A stretch of 64,000 nt of DNA from Vezdaea acicularis. Taxonomy: Eukaryota. Positions 12,536 to 24,950 of the stretch are shown one piece after another; the first letter of the stretch is position 1; each line of letters opens with the position of its first letter. The notes beneath the pieces were generated by a model. That model did no database searches. It saw only the letters and a list, made by a program, of their open reading frames with translations, and was not told where the DNA came from. The stretch lies in the NCBI GenBank assembly GCA_026025075.1, contig JAPEUI010000082.1, positions 1 through 64,000 on the forward strand, read 5' to 3'. The translations under genes were made by a program, and so were the position numbers.

Positions 12536-14831
12536 CTATCTCCTCCGTTCGTCCGCCCATCCCTGCCGTGGATCTCTTCTTGGATCGGATATCGCATCTT
12601 GCACTTCGAGCTGGGTAGTTCCGGGGGGCGGCGGGGGCGGGAAGAAGGTATTCGGACCCTGCGAGAATCCACCCATATTATTGCTCGAGTCGCTGAAATG
12701 CCTCGTCCCGCCCATGCCCTGCTGGGGCTGTGGTTGCATGTATCTCCCCTGCCCTTGCGGGGGCGGCGAGGACCTGAATTCGCCGGCCGGGTGCCCGGGG
12801 GAGTGGCCGCCTGTGTTGTAGAATTCTTCGGGGCGGATATGCTCGGATTGCGGGGAGAGCGCGGTGGGGATGGTGCGGGTGTAGGAGAGGGGCGAGGCAT
12901 TGGGAGGGAGGGGGGAGTGTGATTTCGAATTCTGGGTGTAGACGGGGGAGGCGCTGGTTCGGGTGTAGGTGCTCGGTGCATGGGAATGGGTGGGTGGGGA
13001 GTGTGGTGGGGAGGTGTGCGGCTCGGAAGCAGAGACCATCACGCCGTCGGTCTTGTAGGTATCGCGTAAGGAGACGCTGTGGTGAGTTGAGAGTTCTGCG
13101 GGAGGCAGTGGAGGGGGGTGGTGCGGTTTCAGGGAGTATTTTCGCTCCGGAGTCGATCCCTCAAGCTCTTTGGAGGTGTTGCGTTTGCGGTGGCGGAAAA
13201 CGAAAAAGGCGCCGATGAGGAGGGCGGTGATGACTACTACGCCGGCCACGACGGCGCCGGCAACGATAGCAGTCTTATTTGACTTCTTGGCGGGAGCCGG
13301 AGTGGTTGCGCCGGTGGGGCTGGGAATATGGCGGGTAGGTGTACGGGCCGAAACTGTTGCTTGGCGTTGGAAGTAGACAGGGAGGTCACGGTTATCCCAG
13401 CTACCTTGCACGGGAGCTTTCACTGTAGCGCCACCCGAAGATCTGAGAAAGTGGTTAGATTAAAGATTAGACAGATAATTTGGGGGCCAGAAAACACTCA
13501 CGATCCTCCCACAACAGCGATGATCTCGCTTGGCACTTTGTAGGCAGTAATGTTGGGGTTGAACAGAGCCCACATTGCACCTTCTGGATCATCTTTGCCA
13601 AGATTGAGGTTGTGCTGGCCAAGTACAGCCGGGGCATCACATTGATCCGAACCAGGGAAGCTTCCACCCATGACGATCATCTGTGCTCCATTGATGACAT
13701 TGCAAGAGAGTGAGTGATGAGGGCTTCCTGGACCTGGCGCGGTGGGATACCATTTTATCCAGACGAAGGCCGGGATTGTCAGTATGTACACATCGTCGAA
13801 TGCTGTGTTTGATCCATCGGGGCTAAGACCCCCATACAAGTAAATGTTGTAGGACGATTTATCTTTAGCCCATGTAGCACCGCCACAAAATCTCATTCGG
13901 TTTTCCGGAACCTGGCCGCTCGCAGTCTGCTGATACCACTTTCCTGAGGCAATATCGTAGATGCCAATTTGCTAGGGGGACGTCAGCCTTGGACAATCCT
14001 GTTTCTTTCCGGGTGATCACTTACCGTCATGGGCACAGCTGCAATGGAGTTATTGTTTGTATACTGTGTAATGCCACCAAAGTACACCAGTAGTCCACCA
14101 TCGGAAGCAGGAAGATACACCATTACTCCTTCCCCACGCGGAGTGCTATCCGGACCTGAAAAATTCGTAAATTGATTCTGGATCATGTCGTACTTGACCA
14201 GATTACTCGTATATTGTCGTGGACCACCCCATTTTGGCGTCGTGTGGTTATCCTGATATCCACCCAAATAGTACCCTTCACCACGCTCATCAACGACCGT
14301 TCCCATGCCATGCGCTACATAAGAGACGGTGTCGCCTGAAGGTGTAGCGACATTCCATTGATTGAATATCGCATCGTATGACCAGAGCGCGTAATTCACT
14401 GGCGAGAGTTGAGGGAAATACCCGCCGAACGAGTAGAAGACTTTGTTAATCGTGTCTGCCCATAGGATTCCTCCAGCGACAGATGGTACCGAAGAATTCT
14501 TCACAAGCCCTGTGTCATGGATCGTAGGCATACCACCCTGGGTCTTATTAAGATCGCCATAGAGGAGGTTTAGATCTATGGAAGGAGTCAGTTCAGGGAA
14601 GGTCATCACGGTTTAAGGAAGCTACCCACTCGTCACGTTGTCTGGGTTCTGCGAGATCGGGTTCCAGTTGAGGAGGCCGCCATCGATGTAGAGCTTGTTG
14701 TCAATGACAGCGGTCTGTTGATCAAAGCGCCGGCAGAAGTCCTTGAGCGGATCTTTCGCCGCGTCCTGCACTGACTGCCTCACCAGTGAGAGCAGCCCCA
14801 GTAAAAGGGAAGCCTGACCACGAGCCCGCAT
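12536..14831 (-). CDS. Type I membrane protein: signal peptide, Kelch/galactose-oxidase-like beta-propeller, one TM helix, Pro-rich cytoplasmic tail (exons 14831-14630, 14575-14025, 13971-13502, 13442-12536)
   Basis: KLYIDGG, FYSFGG, GYYLGG, LVYFGG, IYLYGG and MIVMGG Kelch-type repeats; DDVYILTIPAFVW; TM segment TAIVAGAVVAGVVVITALLIGAFFVF followed by RHRKR. Canonical introns. Confidence 0.85.
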
Positions 14832-16703
14832 CGTGAATCAGTTCATTCAAACTATGCTCAAACAGCTGGGTGTTGAGAAGAAGAGAACGGGCGGGGGTCG
14901 TATTCGGGTCAAAAAACGTCAAGCAACAAAGCCTTAACGAGTGTTCCACAGCCAAAGAGATGAGGAAAAGCGATGGCGTTCCCTTGGGAGAGCGGAAATG
15001 AGAAAGAAGAATGGTGAAACTGAAAGTCAAAAGCGCGGCTAGTGCTTCTGGGGGCTCGGCATGCGACGAGGCTGACCTGCTGAAGGAGGAGGGTCGAGAA
15101 GACGGTCAAGTGGGAGACTTGACTATAACAGATTAATTTGGGGGCCGCCGCGAGCACACGCGGGCCTGGACCGGATGATTGTCTTCACTTTTGGTGTCGA
15201 TCCCTCTCAACAGCCACTACTAGGGGGCCTGTTGTGCGGTCCGGAACGGGCAATTCCATCGAGATTTGTTTGACTGAGTCTCCAGTCAGCTCCTCAGTCA
15301 ACGCAAGCCAAGACCACCGAATCAGAATGCAATTGTGCCCTGCCCCCACCGATGCTCCAGAGTGACTGCTGGTCAGTGCTTTGGTCCAATAGGGGGCGGC
15401 GGGGGCGGCGACCAGGTGTTGGCCAAGGTCCAGAGAGAGAGACCCATGCTGCTGGCCGACGCTTTGATGGCCGAAGGGTCTCGACGCCTGGCAGCGCCCT
15501 CGACACGACGTTGGGCTTGGACGGAGCTTTCCGTGCGCTACCTTCCGGCCGTTTGGCCGGGCTCGGACTTCTTACCAATCATATCATCGTTTTGCGCCGC
15601 GCCCAGTCACAAACTCCGCTTAGCACATCTCCGCTCTGCCACTCGCGTGCCCCGACCATCTCGTTCTCGCACCTGTCGATTCCTCCACACGCTTTTAAGC
15701 ATCAGGATGAGCTCTTTTGCTGGAGAAGATGTCACGACGATCTCAGATGTATGATTCGGGAACCGAAGCCTTCACTTCTTGTATAACCTCGCACGGCGAC
15801 GGAAAGACCCAAGGCTGGCTTTGCTCGACTTGGCGCCTCGCGGAAGCGCATAGCCTTGATGACTCCGTCAGCGTGTTGGCTTAGCGGATGATTGCGTATT
15901 CGTCTGATAACCATGGCTCCCCCGACGTGAAGGCATAGTATCGGGTGCTTATTCTCCAGCGGTGACCCGTACGGGACAATGCTTTCTCTCCGTAGGGATT
16001 CTCTCCCTTGCCATTCTAGAATACACATGAGAGCACACCCAGCCTCTTGACCCATGATGAAGGCGCTCGTTTCGCCCGGACGACATGGTAGCTTTCCCCT
16101 TGGGGATTGAGACTGGGACCATGCTCACCGCAGACCGCTTGTAGGATGAGAATAAGCCGGCGCAAGCCCAAGGAGAGATCGAGATCATCTTAGCGCACTT
16201 AGCGACCAACGTGGAAGATCCGTTCCAGAGCCAAGGGAGCGGTAGCTCAAGCCACGCGTAACCTTGTTCTCAAAATTCCGAAGTTGAAGTGGCTCGTCCA
16301 TCGTATCGGTGGTCTTGGCTGTTAGTGTTGACGCTTCTCCCCTGTAGAGGGACGCAAAGGTCAGCAGTTGGTCTACTTCTTGAGCCTAAGAAGCTGAAGA
16401 TGAGATTTGTGAATAAAACCTTAAAACGCTATGTGCAGAAGGCTCGGGTATTAAAGCAGCTGCGCATGTAAGATCGGTGCGCTAAAGTAAAGAAACGTCC
16501 TGGGGCTTTGGCACCACCGTCGTCATAACGGCTGAGCCAACCAATTGCAAATTCGTTCCTCAAGTTAGCGTCATGTTGGCTTTGTATGAACTGTCTTAGC
16601 TGCTAAGAATTAGTCAATCCTTATAGGCAGCAGCCAAGAAAGCATTTGCTTAAGCAGCCGACGGCCAGAGTGCATTAGTTAGCGATCCTCTTATATACGG
16701 AGT

Positions 16704-17016
16704 TACAATCCTTTAATATTGTTAGCTCGGGCAGAGTGGCAACCCCAGCACCAAGGAAACAATGCGGAGGTGATCTGTTGGTGCAGGTTTTACCCCCTGA
16801 CGCTGTGAGCAGAATAGTTAAGACATCAAAAAAATTAGCGAAGTATCTTACCACCAAAATTGTGGCAGAGGGTACCTCGCTTCTAGACAAATGCAAGAGA
16901 GGTAAAGTACCTACCCGCACTGCTTTTGTGAGAAGGTACCTCACTAATTTTTTGGTGTCCCAACTCTTTTGCTCACCGCGTGCCCCTGTCCGTGCTAACA
17001 ATCTTTAAGGCTTGTA
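16704..17016. mobile_element. Degenerate fold-back/MITE-like element (~309 bp, 16706-17014) flanked by TA dinucleotides
   Basis: Left end TA|CAATCCTTTAATATTGTTAGCTCGGGCAG matches the reverse complement of the right end, TA|CAAGCCTTAAAGATTGTTAGCACGGACAG. Inner arms ~16801-16885 and ~16897-16980 are also imperfect inverted copies. No coding capacity. Confidence 0.7.
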
Positions 17017-18379
17017 CCTCCCACTCCATACTCGACTGAGCTTGATAGGAAGCTCGGCATTGAATAGTCTTGTCCATACACATAATATATACCTCTATAT
17101 TGGCATATGTAGCCCGCCCGCAGTCTATAGCATAGTTATAGCGAAAGTGCCCTCGACGCCAGCAAGACGCAGGCACCGCGCAGCTTGTCACGCTCCTAGT
17201 AGGAGACGGCAGTCTTAGCCCATCCTTGGTTTTGTATCGATCCCGTATCGTGTCACGTGTTGTACGCGACATGATGGGTGCATAAACATCAAGCAAACCT
17301 TGACACTAAGCATTCATTACGTGAACTATGGTAACTATACCATAAGCTAAACAAGGTACCTTCTTACCAAGTTTATGCAGCGAAGTACTTTGCTTGCTCA
17401 TGAGAACCGCTCTTTTTCGGCCCTAGAGTTTTCATTCCCTTGCATGCTCGCTTTTCTTATTGTTCATGAGCCTTTCTTTTCAACGGAATGGCTCAGTAGT
17501 CGACATAAGCAAGGGGGGTTTCTTTTTTGGACTTTGACAGGTTTGTTTTACTCACAGTCTGACGCTTGTCTTGTGCGGAAAGAATCAGTGAAACATCAAT
17601 ACGAGATCTCGGCGAATTCCCAAGTACTCCCATGGTTGAATCCAGATGATCTGTTGCTGGCAAAAGGCTTGATAGTTTTAAAATCCCACAATACCGCAAC
17701 TTGACTAGATCTGCTCCAGCACTGTTCGGTCGAACATAAAACGGTATCCGCGGACGTCTTGCTGGTTCTAGAAACTGACCTATGGTAGCATTGTGGAATA
17801 TGGTCGTGCGGAGGAAGGTCCCCGCAAACAGATTAGACCCAAAAGGCCTCCCCAAAATCCAGCCCATGGTGGCGTGCTGGTATGATTATGAACCCAATCA
17901 GCGCCTACGCAGTCGAAGTCATCCGCTCGTTTGTGCATCCCGCCTGCGTATCCAGACTGCTGAACATCGCTCTGTCACTGTGGGTGCTCCACAACGAAAG
18001 CATATATTCGTACTGACCATATTCGCATGGTGGCTGCCTTTTTGTAATTGCGGCTGTCTAAACTGACGAATGATACCCGTCCTTTGCGCTAAACCACAGC
18101 GGGGATGGTGCGCCGCTTTGGGTTGACAAGCATTACGCATCGTGTCAAAAATAGGCTATGATTGGTTCCCGCATCCGAGTTGAGATCCTAGCGCTCGGGT
18201 GCTGCCGAGTTCTACCCAATAGCTCACGGCCAAGGATCTACTCCAGACCTCCTTCTACCGCGCAGTGGATTACCTTGCGTTGTCCGGCTTACATATTCTT
18301 CTTTACTTTGCCCAGATGTAGATGTGCATGAAGCTAGGCAAGAAGCTTGTCCCTGCTTGGATATTGTTCATGTAGTATT

Positions 18380-20600
18380 TCTTATTTCGAGTCAAGATCG
18401 CGTCAATGAAGCAAACTTCCTGACGATTCGCACTTATCCGCTTTCTGATCGCGTACCATGCTCTGTGCTTTTCTCATCATACCCCCAATAGAACAGGCTT
18501 GGGTCTTCCCCAGATGCTTGGATCGCATGCTGCATTATCATGCTGTATGATGAAAATCTGGGGTTTCAGGCGATCATAAGAGATGGACAGGGGAGGGGAG
18601 AGGAGTCCCTTACAGTGCCGTAGGGCAAAGGAAGTCAACGTGCGCCCAACTTCTACTGCATTTTATCGCCTATCCGCGGCCTCTCCCTTACCCCGCTGCC
18701 CAATTCACGGACGGCACTCATGTTGCGGCAGAGCAGATGACTGGTGGAGTCTCTCGGCGTCCCAACCGGTTCAGTTGGCCGAGTAGGCCAGGACAGATCG
18801 GGAGCGAGCCTCCCCAAGGGTGACAATTATGCCCGTCTGAAGACACTAGCAAGAGGCGTGGTTCCAATGTAGCCTGGATGCTAATGGATTCAAACGACGA
18901 GACTGACGACCATCTCGAGGCATCGCACTTCTTGCCGTGAATCGTCTTCACGATAAGTGCCCAGTGCTCCGCGTTCAGCCACCACTTAAATACGTCTACC
19001 GATTGGACTGACAGTTCTCGTGAAGGGCCAGATGACCTTTCAATACCAGCGAAACGAAGCCGAGTGGCTGGTGGCCGATCCGATCTTCATATGGTGGAGA
19101 GATAGCCTTCTTTCCTTCTGTCTGTAACTCACCTGGTGTGAGGTTAGTGGCCACATCTAGTCAAAGACGCCGGTCAGCCTCTTTGCTTGTATATGTATCT
19201 TTGTCCTTTCCTGTCTTGAGCTCTTTTTGTCATCTCGTCACGCACTGGCTTGCATAGAGACTCTCTTTATGCGAATACGAATCGATTAGCCTCCTCATCT
19301 CCTCTTCAGTCCAGAGCTCTTTACTTTGGGATCATTCAGTCAATCGTCAGCATGCTCCTCTCCTTGAGCAATCTTCTTGTTGGGGCCACGTTAACCTTCA
19401 CGACATTTGCAATTCCGCAAAAGCTCCAAGATCGTTCTTACTCTTGTGCCGTTGATAAACTCCTATCAAAGCTCCATGACTCTTCGATAAATTCCCTAGC
19501 AAGTTCCTTTTGTTCCACCTATATTCGCAAGACGACGACTGTTCTAGCAACAGCAACTGCCACCTCCATAACTTCCACGACCACGATTGCACCGGGCACC
19601 ACGTCAACCATCATTTCTGCAACGTAAGGAAACGCTCCTCTTCCATGCCTTACTTGTTATTGACAAGAGCCTTAGTACTACGACGACTGATCTCAGCACC
19701 ACTCTTACAGTCCAGGCGCCTGATGATACCACCACTTTGACAGCTACAGCTACAGTCACGCTGACCACGGAAACTTCGGTGCTTACCATGAAACGAAAAG
19801 TGAGGAGGAATAATGACCAACCCCCTTGGTTCTTTTACGGGTACCTCACATCACAGATCTCGAGTGCCTGCACATGTTTGATAACCAGTGCGCCCCAAGT
19901 AAGTTTTCATTGATTAAACATTCACTGGGTGACACGTTAAAGCCTTATGTTAATTCTGAAATAGCTTACCAAGATCCAAACTGCTACAACTGTGACAGTA
20001 TCTACGACTGTTACTTCTGTACAGCCCGGCCCTACCAGCGCCACGACTACCTCGACGATTGAAACTGACACAGTAACTCTGGATTTCACTACAGTCAGTC
20101 TACCCTTTCTCATATGCTGCAACTGATGCCTCGGATTCTTTATCGTTTCTCTTCGCTACAACCTCCTACCAGCCCCCAATCCCCAAACCTCTTCCACTAA
20201 CTTCAAGTACCAACTCAGACCCTGCCACCCACTCAGACAGACCCAACGACCACGACCGTCACCTCTACAATCCCAACCGCCACCACAACAATCATCTGTG
20301 GCGCTCGAGGGGACGTAGGCGGCTCCGGCAGCAATGCAAACAACTACCGAATCCCGACTACGGCCACCAACATACCGGGCCCGCTTGGTAGTCAATGTTC
20401 GGACACCTGCATGAACCTCGCTACTTGCCTGTCGTACACATATTTCGGTAATTCGCAATTGGGATTTTATTGCTCGTACTTCAATGCGACGGCCTCGGCA
20501 TATGTCAAGCGCAATCCAAGAGGCCAGTCTTACTTCTATGATTTGGGATGTCCGCCACCACCAGTGTGAATGGGGGTGGGCAATCAGAATGGCGCGCTTG
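18380..20600 (+). repeat. Copy A of a tandem segmental duplication (~1 kb upstream DNA plus the gene); copy B lies ~3.37 kb downstream
   Basis: Shared anchors with copy B: GCGATCATA(A/T)GAGATG at 18570 vs 21936, AA.CGAAG.CGAG near 19051 vs 22419, ATCGTCA.CATG at the start codons, and identical intron positions. Confidence 0.8.
19352..20569 (+). CDS. Secreted Thr-rich protein with a C-terminal 6-Cys PAN/Apple-like domain, paralog A (4 exons; introns about 19624-19676, 19899-19964, 20094-20218)
   Basis: Signal peptide MLLSLSNLLVGATLTFTTFA; ASSFCSTYI and SSACTCL motifs; dibasic KRKVRR; final exon ICGARGD...QCSDTCMNLATCLSY...YCSYFNAT...DLGCPPPPV*. The last exon is absent from the supplied ORF track. 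Confidence 0.85.
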
Positions 20601-21762
20601 ACACACAGCGAGAATAGGAATGTAGTGGCTTTACATATATCTTTTGCTCGTATCTTGGAGGACTCTATTTTGATGTCTGGCTTATTGCAAGAAGTTACGG
20701 CCAAATCACATGATCTCGTACGTCGCAATAGGAATGAAGAGCAAAGTATGTTCCACCCGTCGAGGCTAATGAGGCGATGCTTGTATCCTATTTTCGATGA
20801 AGACTAAGTCCGTGATTGTGATGCTAAGAGAGCTTTGTAGCGTAAGCCTCTTTACTGACTAGGCACAAAAGCACATGTCCATTTATGAGCTTCAAACCTA
20901 CAAATCAAAATATACGTTCATCCTCCGCCATTCACTTTGCTCAGCCTCCATCAAATAAACAATATTCTCCTCGTCTGCGTGAGTCTTGCAGCGTCTCATG
21001 CAGAGAAGCCAACAAGACTGTACAGTACAGGGGGTAGGGCTAAAACTGTTCCGCCAAGAAGCGGCATCCCATTTTTGCAACTCTATATCGTCCATTGTTG
21101 AGCTAAACCCAGATTTTTCAGTTGTAGAAGCTATGTGATACCATGCTAAATTGACTTTGTAAGTTTTCAAGATACAACAGCATTTGGCATCTTTGTGCTA
21201 GAAGCGCAGAAAGTTCGAGTTCAGAGTCTTGGCGGGACGGCATTAGGCCTGACCCCTTGTACCGCTTAGTCAGAATTTCGGCCAGCCCACAAGAATTTGG
21301 ATGGAGATCCATTCATACTACTGTAAAGGGTCCCTGGAAGGACCAACGCATGGTGGCGTGCTTGTACGATCGGGAATCCAGCCAAAGCCTCCACTTTTGA
21401 TGCTCTCGGTTCAATGTCCGTCTCGCATGCGGGCAAGATCCTCCATGCGAATGCGAGGATCCATCGCCTAAACCAGGAAGGGGATTCGGGCGCCTGCTCA
21501 CTGTAGCATGTTCAAGGATACGGGCTTTAATTGGCCCTCGCAGCCAGTCTACACCCTGGCGTACGGGTGCTGCCGATGCTACTGGGATGCCGTCGATCAT
21601 CGGGTGCATCGCCAGACGGCTCTGCTGGACCCTCATCCGACTCGCGATGGGTCATCTTGCCATGTCTGCATGACATACTCTCTTTTACTTTTCGCAGCCG
21701 TCTAGCTGCATGAAACGAGATCATCAACTCGTCCCCTTTCTCAGAAATTGTCTTACCTCACA

Positions 21763-23970
21763 TCTTATTGAAGATCGGAACGCGAGCAAGATCTTTCCTG
21801 ATGCGTCGTGTTTATTTGCCCCTGCTTTTCGACCACATACTACGCTATGTGTCTCTCCCCAGCCTGTTCTTTCTTTGAATGCTCGCATCACTTGCTGTAA
21901 TGTAGTGCTGTGTGGCGCAAAGCTCAGGGTTCACAGCGATCATATGAGATGTGGGGCCACTGATGTGTAAGTCCTCCTTATGGCTGAAGCCCCTGGTAGC
22001 TGCCTCCGCGTGTGCTTCCGTATGCAGCCTTTCTTTAAATGCGCCATCCAATCACGAACAGCCCCACAGTAGTGCTGCTGCGGCCTCTGAGCCAAGTGAC
22101 CAGTTGCGTCTTTCCGAATCCCAATCCGTTCAGTCGACGGAGCGCGCTACTGTAGGTTATGGCCGGAACGAGCTGTATCTAAGGATGGCAATGGCAGTTG
22201 TCCATATGTCGGTAGGTCAAAGGTTACGAAGACCTCGGGAGCAGGTGCGAAGCCAATGCAGGCCGAATACCATCCATTCGATTATAGGAAGACTGACCGC
22301 CATCGAGAGGTCTCATGCATCACAGATCTCGCCGGGAATCATCTTCATCATTCAGATGTGGGCTCCCGACTGCACAGCCAGTTCTCGCGATGAACCAAAT
22401 AGCTTTTCGCCACCTCCAAAGCGAAGTCGAGAAGCTCGGAATCGCACCCAGCTGCATCCAATGAAGAGATGACCTCCTTTCCATCATGTCGGCGAACCCC
22501 CTTGACAAGAGGATGATCACTGTACCTATCTAAAGAGGTTAGCCGGCCCTTATACTAATATATAGCTTCTTAACTCTCCCCCCTCCCCTCTACAGCTCTC
22601 CAAATCATCTTGTCGCGAGCCAAGTTCTGTTGAGATCTTCTCTAGGCAATATAGCCAGATTGGCAGCGTTTCTTCTCTCTTCATTCCACAGCTGATCACT
22701 GTTGATCCATTGGATCTATCGTCAACATGCGTCTTTCTCTGAACCGCCTCCTTGTTGGCGCAGCTCTGGTCCCCATCACCGTTGCCATTCCTCAGAAAGT
22801 TCAAGATCGTTCTTTAATTTGTGTCTTGGACGCCCTCCTACCAAAACTTCAAGGCCCTGCTATAAATTCTGCAGCAAGTTCCTTTTGTTCCACCTACATC
22901 GGGACAACGAAGACTGTTCAAGTGGATTCAACAGCCACCTCTACGACTACCACGACAACGACCACGACTGCGCCGGGCACCACGTCAACCATCGTTTCTA
23001 CAAGGTAAAGTAGCCTCTTTTTGCGCTTTCCTTATTTCTAACAGGAGCTTTAGTACAACTACCACTGATACCACCAACACCATTACATCCCAAGAGCCTG
23101 ATGTCACCACTACTACTACCACTACAGCTACGGTTGCGCTTACCACAGTAACTTCGGAGGTTAACATGAAACGGAAAGTGAAAAGAGGCGTCATCCTCCC
23201 CTGGTTCGTGAACGGATTCCCAGAACCACAGATCTCGGCTGCCTGCACCTGCTTGATAAGCACGGCTCCCCAAGTAAGCCTCTCCTCGACTAGTATCCAA
23301 TGGGGAATGATGATGAACTTTATCTTCTGAAATAGTATACCGTACTTGAACCCAGCACAACCGTGACTGTGCCCGCGACCTTCACTTCTGTGGAGCCTGG
23401 CCCTACAAGTGCCACGACTACGACAACAACCGAAACAGATACAGAAACAATCGATACCACTACTGTCAGTCTATCCCTTCTCCTATACTATACCTTATCA
23501 CATAAATTCTTCTTGATCACTTCGGTTTACTCCGCCTCCTTATGGACTCCTCATCCCAAGAGCCCCTCACTAACTCCGAGCACCCTTGCCTCAGACCTTG
23601 CCCCCCACCCAGACAGTTCCAGCAACCGAAACTCTCACCTCCACCATCCCCATCGCCACCTCAACAATCATCTGTGGCGTCCGCTCGGACCTCAACTCCA
23701 ACGGCAACTTCCAACAGTACCTTGACGGGTCGGCTGGGTCCCAGTTTGAACCTCCGCTCGGCAGCCAGTGTTTGGACAAATGCAAGAGCATCCCTGGATG
23801 CCTTTCGTATGGCTATGTCAAGTATGGCGACCCGCCAGTCTTCCTCTGCGACTTTTTCAACGCAACGGTCGACAAGTATATTCAGCGCAATCCAGCGGGT
23901 GACTATACCCTCGAGGATCTTGGGTGCCCGGTTCCGAATGTGTAAATGGAGAGGGAGATCACCAACACAC
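21763..23970 (+). repeat. Copy B of the tandem segmental duplication
   Basis: Aligns by eye with 18380-20600 across upstream DNA, exons and introns. Confidence 0.8.
22727..23945 (+). CDS. Secreted Thr-rich protein with a C-terminal 6-Cys PAN/Apple-like domain, paralog B (4 exons)
   Basis: Signal peptide MRLSLNRLLVGAALVPITVA; ASSFCSTYI; KRKVKR; SAACTCL; ICGVRSD...QCLDKCKSIPGCLSY...LCDFFNAT...DLGCPVPNV*. Same intron positions as paralog A. Confidence 0.85.
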
Positions 23971-24203
23971 TTCCTTCTACATCTGTTTCTGTGGAAATAG
24001 TGAGCTGTATCTACAGATTTTGACTACCCCGTCCTCGGTTGAACTAAAGTTCATGCCTTATGTGCATAGTCGTGTGAATTCAGGTATTGGGATTGCTCGA
24101 AGTGGATGTCGTGAGACCGCCACCGTAGTCAACGCGCAATATTCCACTTCTCTTCTTACGGACTAGACTCGCCACCTCTCCACTCAGATGCAATGTCGTT
24201 ATG

Positions 24204-24950
24204 CTATGCTATTCCATCATATTTTCCAATCCATATGCATGATCGCGCGTCCATGTCTGCATCATCGTAGTTGTGCTCTACACCCTTAAGCACTATCGCA
24301 ACGCCGGTTTGCTGGAGCCGTCCGATCTTCTCCATCTCTTACCTGGCTGCTTCCTCATGCTTCATCAGATCATCCAAGCCCCACGTCCTGATATCCTCCT
24401 ATTTCTTCGCTCGGAACGGCTTGGCCATAGTTTCCATAAATTTGACTTTCCGTCCGGATTATGTGCATCCTGCTCAGGCGAGCTAAGCTGACTGCTATGT
24501 AGGTCGATATCGCAGAATGCTTGCTCTTGGCAATCGCCAACATAGAAAGTCAGGGCGTTGCCAACAGCTCTTAACCAAGAGAGGATCGAAGATGCGCAAT
24601 TAAAGAAATGAATCCATAGCAATGGTTGGCCAAGGAAGAGCAGAGATACAAGACGAGTTGACAGAGCAAGAGACAGCCTCAAGCGCAAAGAGCTTAATCC
24701 GCGCCAAGCACCTCAGATCACTGGTTATGAGCTGTATTCCTCGACCACACGGGTACTTCAGTATAAATACGATAAGAGAGAGAAACAAGCTTTAGGAACA
24801 AAGCTCGGACAACTGTGTGATGAACTGAGTGATAATCTTGCTACTTCTCGAGAGACATCTCCTGGATGAAGGTCTGTATTGGCGATATAGACTCCATCAA
24901 GTCTGTGACCAAGATCTTTCATCATTTGTTTTCTGGTATCTTCCGTACAT
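24204..24950 (-). pseudogene. Possible decayed gene remnant
   Basis: A minus-strand frame reads protein-like through internal stops: KVKFMETMAKPFRAKK*EDIRTWGLDDLMKHEEAAR*EMEKIGRLQQTGVAIVLKGVEHNYDD. Family not recognised. Confidence 0.3.

Noticed and set aside
16240..16310. GGTAGCTCAAG resembling a tRNA A-box
   Set aside because: No B-box (GTTCGA) at a suitable distance and no cloverleaf.
14900..16500. Many overlapping 80-140-aa ORFs upstream of the Kelch gene
   Set aside because: Mostly non-ATG starts, R/P/S-rich random composition and no motifs; likely promoter or 5' UTR sequence.
19042..19054. AATACCAGCGAAA resembles the 3' half of fungal TPP riboswitches
   Set aside because: The pairing CTGG, the TTGAT and the CTGAGA motifs are absent upstream, and no thiamine gene is adjacent.
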